In this document: positions 8,465-17,392 of the stretch, piece after piece
Numbering within the stretch: the first letter of the stretch is position 1
Layout of the letters: each line of letters begins with the position of its first letter
Assembly (NCBI GenBank): GCA_965220545.1
Contig: CBDCQF010000011.1
Location: 287,098 to 351,097 of the forward strand
Origin: Dehalococcoidia bacterium
GTDB taxonomy: Bacteria; Chloroflexota; Dehalococcoidia; Lucifugimonadales; QGNO01
DNA: 64,000 nucleotides
Direction: 5' to 3'
Made by a program: the position numbers and the translations under genes
The notes under the pieces: model-generated
The model's database searches: none
What the model saw: the letters and a program-made list of their open reading frames with translations, nothing else
Told to the model about the DNA's origin: nothing

Positions 8465-9280
8465 ATGTTAGAGGACGTTCCTTCACCCGATTTCCCGGAG
8501 TTCAAAGACGACACCGTTCAGGTATGGAATAGCCTTGCCGAGTGGTGGGACGATGCAATAGGCGACGGCAACGACTTCCAGACAGTCCTTATAGAGCCGG
8601 CCACGGAACGACTATTGGAGTTGCAGCCGGGAGAGACGGTGCTAGACGTTGCCTGCGGAGCGGGAAGATTCGCCAGACGCATGGCCGACCTTGGCGCTCA
8701 CGTCGTTGCTATTGACCAGTCCGAGCGTTTCATAAACAGGGCGCGGAGTCGTACCGTGGAAGGCAGAGTCGATTACAGGGTGATGAACGCCTCGGACGCG
8801 GAAGCTCTGCTGACCCTGGGATTGGAGCGCTTCGACGCCGCGGTGTGCACCATGGCTCTCATGGACATGGCGATGATAGAGCCGCTTATCTCTACCCTGC
8901 CGCGGCTGCTCAAGCCCGGCGGGAGGTTCGTTTTCTCAGTGGTGCACCCGGTGTTCAACTCAGGCACATCCCGTCAAACGGCGGAGCGATGGGATAGAGA
9001 CGGGGAGCTGGTTACGGAGTTCGGAGTGCGGGTAACCCGTTATCTGGAGACGTATATGCACATGGGAATCGGCGTACCGGGCCAGCCCCGGCAGCAGCAC
9101 TATTTTCACAGGCCGGTGAGCCTCTTGTTCAACACCTGCTTCAAGCACGGGTTTGTTCTGGACCGGATGGAGGAACCGGCTTTTCCCGCCGGCCTTGACC
9201 TGAGCGGAGAGGGCCCCCTCTCCTGGAACAGGTTCCACCAGATTCCGCCGGTTCTGGCGGCGCGTATGCGCATTCAATAG
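8465..9280 (+). CDS. class I SAM-dependent methyltransferase
   Basis: Motif I VLDVACGAGRFARRMADLGAHVVAIDQS and the PGGRFVFSV post-I region. Confidence 0.75.
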   Translation: MLEDVPSPDFPEFKDDTVQVWNSLAEWWDDAIGDGNDFQTVLIEPATERLLELQPGETVLDVACGAGRFARRMADLGAHVVAIDQSERFINRARSRTVEGRVDYRVMNASDAEALLTLGLERFDAAVCTMALMDMAMIEPLISTLPRLLKPGGRFVFSVVHPVFNSGTSRQTAERWDRDGELVTEFGVRVTRYLETYMHMGIGVPGQPRQQHYFHRPVSLLFNTCFKHGFVLDRMEEPAFPAGLDLSGEGPLSWNRFHQIPPVLAARMRIQ

Positions 9281-9304
9281 CTCCGACTAAAAGGAGGACG
9301 GAGG

Positions 9305-10234
9305 ATGTCCTTGGACAAGCTGCAAATATGCATTGCTTTACCGCAGGCCTTTCCCGATGGAAAGGTGGACGTGGATTTGATACGCCACTACTGCACCCGG
9401 GCGGAGGACCTGGGCTACCACGGTTTGTGGACCCAGGAACAGGTGATAGGCTCCACCGCCGTACTGGACCCGTTGAGCTTGCTGACCTACGCAACGGCGC
9501 TGACCAGCCGAGTAGAGCTTGGTGTCTCCGTGCTTGTGCTTCCACTCCATAACCCGGTACAGCTTGCCAAGCAGGTCAGCAGCATGGACCAGATGAGCGA
9601 GGGCAGGCTGATCCTTGGCGTAGGACTGGGCGGCGCAACGGGCAACTACCCCGCGTTCGGGATTACCGATGAGGTCAGGGTACGCAGGTTCCTGGAGATA
9701 ATAAGGGTGATGAGGGCCCTGTGGAGCGACGGCGGCGCCAGCTACGAGGGGACATTCTACAAGCTCAACGACGTCTCCATGGAACCGAAGCCTCGCCAGC
9801 GGCCGCACGTGCCCATCTGGTTCGGCGCGCGTCATCCCAACTCGCTGCGCCGGGCGGTGAAGTACGGCGATTCCTGGATGGGGGCGGGCTCCTCACCCTT
9901 CGAGCAGTTCATAGAGCACGCCGCCTTGGTCAGGCGTTACCTTGAAGAATCGGATCGCGACCCCGGCGAGTTCATAATCTCCAAGAGGCTGTACCTGGCG
10001 ATTGACCATGACGAGTCGCGGGCGGAACGCAGGCTCAGGGAGTGGTTCGGCCAGTACTACGGCAGAGCGGACATGGCCAATGAGGTTGCAATCTGGGGCA
10101 GCGCCGGTCGAGTGGTGGAGCGCATCGAAGCGATTGTGGAGACAGGGGCGAGCCACATTCTGCTAAACCCGGTATTCGACCTAGAGGAGCACCTGGAGCA
10201 GCTGGCGGAGCTTACGGGGCTTACCCAACGGTAA
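9305..10234 (+). CDS. LLM-class (luciferase-like) flavin/F420-dependent oxidoreductase
   Basis: 309 aa TIM-barrel LLM pattern (..AEDLGYHGLWTQE..GRLILGVGLG..IWFGA..). Confidence 0.75.
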   Translation: MSLDKLQICIALPQAFPDGKVDVDLIRHYCTRAEDLGYHGLWTQEQVIGSTAVLDPLSLLTYATALTSRVELGVSVLVLPLHNPVQLAKQVSSMDQMSEGRLILGVGLGGATGNYPAFGITDEVRVRRFLEIIRVMRALWSDGGASYEGTFYKLNDVSMEPKPRQRPHVPIWFGARHPNSLRRAVKYGDSWMGAGSSPFEQFIEHAALVRRYLEESDRDPGEFIISKRLYLAIDHDESRAERRLREWFGQYYGRADMANEVAIWGSAGRVVERIEAIVETGASHILLNPVFDLEEHLEQLAELTGLTQR

Positions 10235-10253
10235 AGCGCCAACCGCAAGCAGA

Positions 10254-10847
10254 CTACTGGCGGTAGTGGTTGGCCTTTATGTTCCTGGCGGCAAGCTCCA
10301 CGGTCTCGTCAATCCGCTTCTGTCTTGTCTGCGGCCTCTTGGCGTTGAGAATCCACTCCAGGATGATGCGCTTTGAAGAAGGCGGAAACGCCGAGAAGTT
10401 CTTCCAAGCGGCCTCGTTGCCCTGGAACGCCTGCTCCAGGTCCGGCGGGATGACCGAATCCTGCACCGCCTCCAGCGCCGTCCAGGTGCCGTTTTGCTTG
10501 GCGGTCTCTATCATTTCCAACCCTGCTGGGGTCATGCGCCCCTGCTCCAGCATTCTCTCCGCTCGTTCCCTGTTCAGCCTGCTCCAATTGCTCTTGGGAT
10601 TGCGCTTGGCAAAGAACAGGAGATAGCTCTCGTCGTCTCTCTTGTTCGGCTTGCTATCGATCCATCCGAAGCACAGCGCTTCCTCCACCGCTTCGTTATA
10701 GGCGACGGTGGGCGTTGTGCTCTTCTTGTGGTAGATGATGAGCCAGGCGTTCTTTTCCTTGTCGTGGTGCTCTTGCAGCCAGCTGCGCCACGCCTGCCGG
10801 TCTCCGGCGTAGACCTGCTCCGGCTGGTTGGCGTCTGCTCTATTCAT
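10254..10847 (-). CDS. YdeI/OmpD-associated family protein
   Basis: The start is taken at MNRADANQ (comp. 10845-10847), giving an ATGAATAG overlap with the phzF stop. The product contains ..EEALCFGWIDSK..FAKRNPKSNWS.. Confidence 0.65.
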   Translation of the reverse strand: MNRADANQPEQVYAGDRQAWRSWLQEHHDKEKNAWLIIYHKKSTTPTVAYNEAVEEALCFGWIDSKPNKRDDESYLLFFAKRNPKSNWSRLNRERAERMLEQGRMTPAGLEMIETAKQNGTWTALEAVQDSVIPPDLEQAFQGNEAAWKNFSAFPPSSKRIILEWILNAKRPQTRQKRIDETVELAARNIKANHYRQ

Positions 10848-11643
10848 GGGCTTGGCCTTGAAGCTCAGCTTGGAAGACGGTGACCGCCTGTCCGCTGATG
10901 TACACCTTGTCGTCACCCACTCTAACGCCGACAACGCCGCCCCTGGCCGATGCCTGGTAAGCGGTCATCTCCGCTTTGTTCAGTCGGCTTGCCCAGAACG
11001 GGCCGAGGCAGCAGTGCGAAGAGCCTGTTACAGGGTCTTCGTTGACCCCGACCCTGGGAGCGAAGAAGCGGGATACGAAATCGTAGGCGTTGGAATCTGA
11101 GCGGCTGGTCACTATGAAGCCGCGGCTCTCTATCTGCGCCAAGCCCGTGAAGTCCGGCCTGATGGTGCGCACCACCTCTTCCGATTCGACCTCTACGAGG
11201 TAGTCCATCCGGTTTCTGCCTACGTAACGCGGCTTACAGCCAAGGGCTTGGGCCAATCCGGGCGGTTCCGGCGCTTGCCGCTCCGGTTCTGTGGGGAACG
11301 CCATCTCTATACGGTCTCCGTTGCGGGTTGCGCTCAGCCTGCCGCTTCTCGTATCGAACAATGCGGGCTGGCCGCAGTGCAGCCGGCCTGTCTCCCAGAG
11401 GACGTGAGCGCTGGCCAACGTGGCGTGTCCGCAGAGGTCTACCTCAACGGCGGGAGTGAACCATCTCAGGTTGAACCCGTCTCCGTGGTGGTAGAGGAAG
11501 GCGGTCTCGGATAGGTTCATCTCACTGGCAACGTGTTGCATCCATTCGTCTGGGGCCGGTCCCGGCAGAAGGCAAACGCCAGCGGGGTTTCCCGCAAACG
11601 GCTTGTCGGTGAAGGCGTCTACCTGGAATATGGTTTGGCCCAT
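10840..11643 (-). CDS. PhzF family isomerase
   Basis: MGQTIFQVDAFTDKPFAGNPAGVC.. and ..ETAF.. , ..DLCGHATLA.. are typical PhzF motifs. Confidence 0.85.
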   Translation of the reverse strand: MGQTIFQVDAFTDKPFAGNPAGVCLLPGPAPDEWMQHVASEMNLSETAFLYHHGDGFNLRWFTPAVEVDLCGHATLASAHVLWETGRLHCGQPALFDTRSGRLSATRNGDRIEMAFPTEPERQAPEPPGLAQALGCKPRYVGRNRMDYLVEVESEEVVRTIRPDFTGLAQIESRGFIVTSRSDSNAYDFVSRFFAPRVGVNEDPVTGSSHCCLGPFWASRLNKAEMTAYQASARGGVVGVRVGDDKVYISGQAVTVFQAELQGQAHE

Positions 11644-11668
11644 GATCAGGGTCTGCCTGGCCGCGGCG

Positions 11669-12586
11669 CTACTGTGTGCCGCGCATCCTGGGGTCGAGCA
11701 CGTCTCTCAGTGCGTCGCCAAAGACGTTGACGCCGAATACCGCGATGGTGAGCGCCATGGCGGGGAAGATGCCCACCCAGGGAGCGCTGGCGAAGTCAAT
11801 GAGAACGTCGCCTGCCAGCATGGCGCCCCAGGAGATGACGTCGGCGGGGAGGCCCACTCCGAGGAAGCTGAGAGATGCCTCGATGAGCACGGCGCTGCCT
11901 ATGAGAGACGTAGCGACCACGATCAAAGACGCAAATGTATTGGGCAGGAGGTGACGGAACATGATTCTGAAGTCAGAAGCGCCTATTGCTCTGGCCGATT
12001 CCACGTAGGGCATCTCCTTGATGCTCAGCGACACGGAACGGACGACGCGCGCCACCCTGGGCGTAAACACAATGGTCAGCGAAAGAAGGATGTTGTTCAA
12101 AGATGAGCCGAAGGCCGCCATGAGCGCCAGGGCCAAGAGAAGCGTGGGGAAAGCGGCGGTAGCGTCTATGAACCGCTGTACCACCAGGTCAAAGTAGCCG
12201 CCGAAATAGGCGCTGGTAACGCCAATCAACGATCCTATGGCGCCGGCGGATAGCATAGAGACTAGGCCAACGTAGATGGATATTCGCGAGCCGTAGACCA
12301 CGCGGCTGAAGAGGTCCCTGCCCAGCCTGTCGGTACCGAACCAGTTGGAAGCGTCCGGCGCGAGGAGGATTGCCCTGCGGTCTACGTCCCAGGGGTCGGT
12401 AGTAGAGAATATGGGGGCTCCTAAAGCCATGACGGCGGTAGCCAGCACTATGAACAGGCCGAAAGCTCCGAGCCGTTTGGTGGTGATGAAGTGTTGCAGA
12501 CCTCTGAGCCGCTTTGCCAGCATGCCCTGGCCCAGGCGAGGCGGAGCCAGGGCTGCATCACTGATGTAGTCCGTACGTTCTCTCAT
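11669..12586 (-). CDS. ABC transporter permease (Dpp/Opp C-type)
   Basis: 305 aa multi-TM protein with an EAA-like loop (..ESARAIGASDFRIMFRHLLPN..). Confidence 0.85.
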   Translation of the reverse strand: MRERTDYISDAALAPPRLGQGMLAKRLRGLQHFITTKRLGAFGLFIVLATAVMALGAPIFSTTDPWDVDRRAILLAPDASNWFGTDRLGRDLFSRVVYGSRISIYVGLVSMLSAGAIGSLIGVTSAYFGGYFDLVVQRFIDATAAFPTLLLALALMAAFGSSLNNILLSLTIVFTPRVARVVRSVSLSIKEMPYVESARAIGASDFRIMFRHLLPNTFASLIVVATSLIGSAVLIEASLSFLGVGLPADVISWGAMLAGDVLIDFASAPWVGIFPAMALTIAVFGVNVFGDALRDVLDPRMRGTQ

Positions 12587-12589
12587 TTT

Positions 12590-13549
12590 TTATCCGTACC
12601 GTATTCTTGGATCAAGCCATGCATAGGTCAAGTCCACAAGGAAGTTTGCCGTTAGCGCCACCAGCGCAAAGTACATTATATACGCTTGGATCATGGGCAG
12701 GTCTCTGATGAACATAGCCTGGATCAGTCCTCTGCCTATTCCCGGCACGTTAAAAACGGTTTCTATCACAACCGTGCCAGAGAAGAGAAAGCCGATCTGC
12801 ACGCCTGCGATGGTGACCACGGGCAGCAGTGCGTTTCTTACGCCGTGTCTCATAATGACGGCGCGTTCCGCCAGCCCCTTGGCGCGGGCGGTGCGTACAA
12901 AGTCCTCTCGCAGGACCTCTAGGAGCTGGGTTCGGGTCATGCGCAGCAATAAGCCCTGGCTGGCAAAGCCCAGCGCCACCGCGGGGAAGATCAGTTGCTG
13001 GAAGGCGACGGTAGGATTGTCCCATAGGTTGACAAAGGCAATGGGAGGGATCCACCTGAAGTAGAGCGATAGGCCAAGGATTATCAACATGCCAACAAAG
13101 AAGCTGGGCGCAGCTAGTCCTATGACGGCGATGCTCCTTAGGATGTAGTCGATCCAGGTGTCCTGCTTGACCGCGGCCAGAACTCCAACGGGTATTGCGA
13201 TTAGTGCGACTATGATGGCCGTGAATATGGCAAGCTGGAGCGTGATGGGGAACTGCCGTTTCAGCTCTCCGGCGATGGGCCGGCCGAGAGCAATGGAGTC
13301 TCCCAAGTCAAATCTGACCAGTTGCCAGATCCAGGTGCCGTACTGCACGTATATGGGATCGTTGAGGCCCAGCTGCTCACGCACGCGTTCCAGGTCTTCT
13401 TGCGTGTAAGAGCCTTCGCCCTCTGCTCCGCCCAGCATCAAAGCGGCTACGTCTCCCGGGATGACGCGAAGAAGGGTGAATATGGCAATGGATACCCCAA
13501 GCAAGGTGGGGACAAAGAGCACCAACCTTCTTGCAATGTATTTACGCAT
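12590..13549 (-). CDS. ABC transporter permease (Dpp/Opp B-type)
   Basis: 319 aa with ..RTARAKGLAERAVIMRHGVRNALLPVVT.. Confidence 0.85.
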   Translation of the reverse strand: MRKYIARRLVLFVPTLLGVSIAIFTLLRVIPGDVAALMLGGAEGEGSYTQEDLERVREQLGLNDPIYVQYGTWIWQLVRFDLGDSIALGRPIAGELKRQFPITLQLAIFTAIIVALIAIPVGVLAAVKQDTWIDYILRSIAVIGLAAPSFFVGMLIILGLSLYFRWIPPIAFVNLWDNPTVAFQQLIFPAVALGFASQGLLLRMTRTQLLEVLREDFVRTARAKGLAERAVIMRHGVRNALLPVVTIAGVQIGFLFSGTVVIETVFNVPGIGRGLIQAMFIRDLPMIQAYIMYFALVALTANFLVDLTYAWLDPRIRYG

Positions 13550-13569
13550 AATCTTGGTGTTTTATATTG

Positions 13570-13599
13570 AGTACGGGCGCTCACAAGAGCGCCCGTACT
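13570..13599 (-). promoter_or_regulatory. intercistronic stem-loop between the SBP and permease genes
   Basis: Perfect 13-bp stem AGTACGGGCGCTC / GAGCGCCCGTACT with loop ACAA, 21 nt after the SBP stop. No U-tract follows. Confidence 0.5.
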
Positions 13600-13620
13600 G
13601 TCTAGCGAGGGTTCTTTAGA

Positions 13621-15435
13621 CTAGGCGTCTGACAACCATACGTTTTCAAGGGTGAAGTTGGATGCATGGTGTTCCGGCTTGACCCATCCGTTCCAGTTTG
13701 CCCTGTGGCCCTGAAGCAGGCCGGGGCGAACCAGGCCGATGTACGCGGCGTCTTCGTAGAAGATGTCCGCCATCTGCTGCAGGAAGGGAGCGCGGGTCTC
13801 CTCGGTGACGGCCAGCACCTGCTGGGCGTGCAGAGCATTCCACTCAGGGCTGGACCAGCCGGTGTAGTTGAAGCCGCCGTCTTCAAAGTCGTGGAATATG
13901 ATGTCGTTGAAGGCGTCGGGATCGGGGAAGCTGGCGCCCTTGCTCTCATTCTCCATGTTGAAGTCGCCCGCTTCTATCCTCGATTGCCTGGTAGCCCCAT
14001 CGACTATAACCACTTCCACGTCTATGTAGATATCCTCAAGCTGCTGAGCCACGACCTCCATTTCGGCCTTGGAGGAGGAGGTGCCTATGTAGTTGACGTT
14101 GATGCGGTTGCTGGGGCCATAGCCCAAACCTTCCATTATGCCCTGGGCCTCTGCAATCAGCTCTTCCTTGACCATGGGGTCAGGGTCGAAACCGGGCAGA
14201 GCCTCGAACCACTGCTCAGGGGTCCGAATCCAGGTCCAGCCTATGAAGTAGGGAAGGGCGATGTGGCCAATCCCGTCTTTCGACAGGTCGTTGACCGCGC
14301 CGCGGTCGACCGTCATCTGGACCGCTTGGCGTATCAACTTGGCGTCCGGGTCATCCAGCGGCCCAAACGGGGGCTTCTTAGCGTTGAGCTCCGCTCCGCG
14401 CCAGCCCATAGCCAGAACGATGGGGAATACCGCGTCACCTTCGGCTACTAGAGCATCGGCGTCGCGCTTGCTCATCGTTTCGAAAATCCGGAACATGTCG
14501 ATGCGTCCGGCGCGGAAGCTGGCGGTGCGTGTCGCCGCGTCAGGAATCACCAGCATGGTTACTTCGTTCAGGTAGGGCCTGCCATCCCTGAAGTAGTTGT
14601 CGTTGCGCTCCCATGTTACGAAGCTGTCCTGCTGGAAATCTTTGAACATGAACGGGCCGTATCCAACCACCTCTTCTGAGGTGAGGTCCCGGTACTCGCC
14701 ACCCTCAGCGGTATCGATAGGTTTGACGATCCTGCTGGGCTGAGCCGACTGGAATCCGGAAGTGAAGCAGGCAACGAATGCGCCTCTGGGGGCCTTCAAC
14801 CTGATGGTCAGCTCCATGGGTCCCGTGATCTCTGCGCCGCCGTCGGCTACAGGGCTACCCATATCGTCCCAGATGGGCTTGATGAACGTTCGCATGCAGC
14901 CCTGGTAGTTGCCATGGACTCCGTTGGGACGCTCCACTATGCGGATGATCTGCCAGAAGGCGTCTTCCGCGGTGAACGGCTCTCCGCCGTGGTCGGTAAC
15001 GCCTTCGCGGAGTTTGAGCACCCACTCGGTGCCGTCGGAACTGGTTGTCCAGGACTCCACCAGGTCGCCTTCTACTGTGACCCGGTCTGTGGGGTTGACG
15101 CGCAGCAACTGACCCCAGACATTGCCCACGGAACCCAGAGTGGTCCAGCGGAACTGGGAGTCCAGGTGATACGGGTCGAAGGAACCCTGTGACGTCACGG
15201 AAATGTTTACGCTGCCGCCATATTTGGGCTGGTCATCAGCAGGTGGAGGCGTTGGCGTGTCCACAGCGGCAGGTGTGGGCGTCGCCGTGACCAGAGGCGG
15301 TGGCGGCTGAATAGTTGGAGTTGGCGGCACAGGAGTCGGCGTGTCTTCTTCCGAAGGGCCGCAGGCCAGAACAAACAGCAAGGCCATGGCCAGACCTACT
15401 CCAAGGAAATAACGAATACTGGAACTGTACTTCAT
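13621..15435 (-). CDS. ABC transporter substrate-binding lipoprotein (family 5, peptide/nickel type)
   Basis: The start is taken at MKYSSSIRYFLGVGLAMALLFVLAC (lipobox LAC), followed by a Pro/Thr-rich linker. The size and position upstream of the B/C permeases fit. Confidence 0.85.
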   Translation of the reverse strand: MKYSSSIRYFLGVGLAMALLFVLACGPSEEDTPTPVPPTPTIQPPPPLVTATPTPAAVDTPTPPPADDQPKYGGSVNISVTSQGSFDPYHLDSQFRWTTLGSVGNVWGQLLRVNPTDRVTVEGDLVESWTTSSDGTEWVLKLREGVTDHGGEPFTAEDAFWQIIRIVERPNGVHGNYQGCMRTFIKPIWDDMGSPVADGGAEITGPMELTIRLKAPRGAFVACFTSGFQSAQPSRIVKPIDTAEGGEYRDLTSEEVVGYGPFMFKDFQQDSFVTWERNDNYFRDGRPYLNEVTMLVIPDAATRTASFRAGRIDMFRIFETMSKRDADALVAEGDAVFPIVLAMGWRGAELNAKKPPFGPLDDPDAKLIRQAVQMTVDRGAVNDLSKDGIGHIALPYFIGWTWIRTPEQWFEALPGFDPDPMVKEELIAEAQGIMEGLGYGPSNRINVNYIGTSSSKAEMEVVAQQLEDIYIDVEVVIVDGATRQSRIEAGDFNMENESKGASFPDPDAFNDIIFHDFEDGGFNYTGWSSPEWNALHAQQVLAVTEETRAPFLQQMADIFYEDAAYIGLVRPGLLQGHRANWNGWVKPEHHASNFTLENVWLSDA

Positions 15436-15626
15436 AATCCACCCCCGAACCGAAAATGTTGTTCCCGGTTCAGGTAATCGTACTACTTTGAATGGCGTTG
15501 TCAATAGCAAAATTACTTGCTATTTAGGAGCCTGCCGACGTTCTAGAATGAAGGAATCCGTAACCAGCAGACGTTCTATTTTCACTGTGGGTACAAGGAG
15601 TCCCCAAAGAGAACCATCAAGCGTTG

Positions 15627-17000
15627 CTATCGAAGCGTCTTCACCCCGCGAACCGGACGCCAAGACCTCCTGGTGAGCCGATGGCCAAGGCCCCGCTCGA
15701 TCTCGCGCCACTTCCGCTCATCCTCCACCGTGATGAACGTTACCGCCTCGCCGGAGCGGCCCATGCGGCCGGTCCTGCCGACGCGGTGGGTGAACAGCTG
15801 CTCCGAGTCCGGCAGGTCGTAGTTGATAACCTGGCCGATATCCTCGAAGTCCAAGCCTCTGGCGGCTACATTCGTTGCCACCAAGATTGACGCGGCGCCG
15901 GAGCGGAAGTTCGCCATCACCCGCTCACGCGCGTTTTGGCTTAGATTTCCTTGAAGCGCTCCTACCGGGTAGTCCAACGAATCGAGCCGTCTTGCCATCT
16001 GTTTAACGCTGCGCTTGGTCTTGAGAAAGACAATAACCGGCGAACCATCCCGCTCGTCCAGCAGCGTTAGCAGGGCCTCCATCTTGTCGTTCTTCTGAAT
16101 ACTGTAGACCAGGTGCTCCACCGTGGGTGGCGCTTGCAAACCCGCGTCCACTTCCACTCTAGCAGGCCGGCGCAGGTGCTTCGCGGCGGTTCGAGACACC
16201 CACTCGGGCATAGTTGCGGACAGGAGAACCGTCTGCCGCTCGGTGGGTGTCCGGCCTATGATGGCTTCAACATCCGGAGCAAACCCCCTATCCAGCATTT
16301 CGTCCGCTTCGTCCAGCACAAGAACTTGCAGCGAACCCAGGTCAAGGGTCCCTTGCCGCAGATGGTCCAACGTCCGGCCCGGAGTGCCAACTACTATATG
16401 GGTCCCGTTGCGCAACGCTGCGTACTCCCGCTGCAGAGACCGGCCGCCGTACAGTAGCGTCACAAGGATCTGTTGCGCGGAAGCCAGGGCTTCTACTACT
16501 CCGGCCACCTGAATGGCCAGTTCACGCGTGGGTAGCAGCACAAGCGCCTGAACCTTTGGGAGCGACGGGTCGCACCGCTCTACCAGAGGCGCCGCGAACG
16601 CCAGCGTCTTTCCGGACCCTGTACGCGCTTGGCCAATCAAGTCTCGTCCCTCCATGAGATGAGGTATGGCCTTCTCTTGAATGGGTGTGGGCCTGGATAT
16701 GTTCATCTGGGAAATCGCCGTTTTGGTAGCAGCCCTCAAAGGCATTTCGGAAAACACGGAAACACTGGACGGGGCGCTGTCAACGGCTGGCTGGCTTGCA
16801 GTAGACGGCTTGCCTCCGTTTGTACTGACCATCGGAGAAGGTCCATGGCGGCGGAGATTGAAGCATGGGCGGCAATACGCCGGCTTGCTCCGGCTTGGGC
16901 GGAAGGGCAGGGTTGTAGATTTGCCGCAGTCGGCGCAAACGGCTTGGTGGCGGGTGCGGCTGGCTGCGCGCGGGTGCGCAGACGAAAAACGATAAGTCAT
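15627..17000 (-). CDS. DEAD-box ATP-dependent RNA helicase with N-terminal CxxC-x17-CxxC zinc ribbon
   Basis: Q motif TPIQ, motif I ARTGSGKT, motif II DEAD, SAT, and ..HRVGRTGR. The N-terminus has CADCGKSTTLPFRPSRSKPAYCRPC. Confidence 0.85.
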   Translation of the reverse strand: MTYRFSSAHPRAASRTRHQAVCADCGKSTTLPFRPSRSKPAYCRPCFNLRRHGPSPMVSTNGGKPSTASQPAVDSAPSSVSVFSEMPLRAATKTAISQMNISRPTPIQEKAIPHLMEGRDLIGQARTGSGKTLAFAAPLVERCDPSLPKVQALVLLPTRELAIQVAGVVEALASAQQILVTLLYGGRSLQREYAALRNGTHIVVGTPGRTLDHLRQGTLDLGSLQVLVLDEADEMLDRGFAPDVEAIIGRTPTERQTVLLSATMPEWVSRTAAKHLRRPARVEVDAGLQAPPTVEHLVYSIQKNDKMEALLTLLDERDGSPVIVFLKTKRSVKQMARRLDSLDYPVGALQGNLSQNARERVMANFRSGAASILVATNVAARGLDFEDIGQVINYDLPDSEQLFTHRVGRTGRMGRSGEAVTFITVEDERKWREIERGLGHRLTRRSWRPVRGVKTLR

Positions 17001-17392
17001 AACGAGAACGGACTCCCTATTTTATAGTGGCAACAGATGAATCAGCAGGGAAGACAAGAAGAGGAGTAGCAAAGGAGCGCGGTCCGTTCTTGTGTTAAAC
17101 CTTTGCGTTATTCAGACGTGCACATGCATTATAGTCGCAAATGACGAAAACCGCCAGACCATGGCGCAAACTCGTAAACTCATCAACGCTGCTGTCATCG
17201 TGAAGTATGCGGGGAGATTGGATTTGGGCAACAGCCAGTAGTAGAGAGGGTTGATGCCCTCCCGCGGCGCAGTTCGTTGACGGCAAGCCCCCTGCCTCCG
17301 CCGGATTGCTTTGTTCCTCTCAACGACGAAAGACGCGCTCGTTTGCCCGCTTGCCTATTTGTCCGGGGGCGGGGCGGAGTGGGGCGGCCTCC

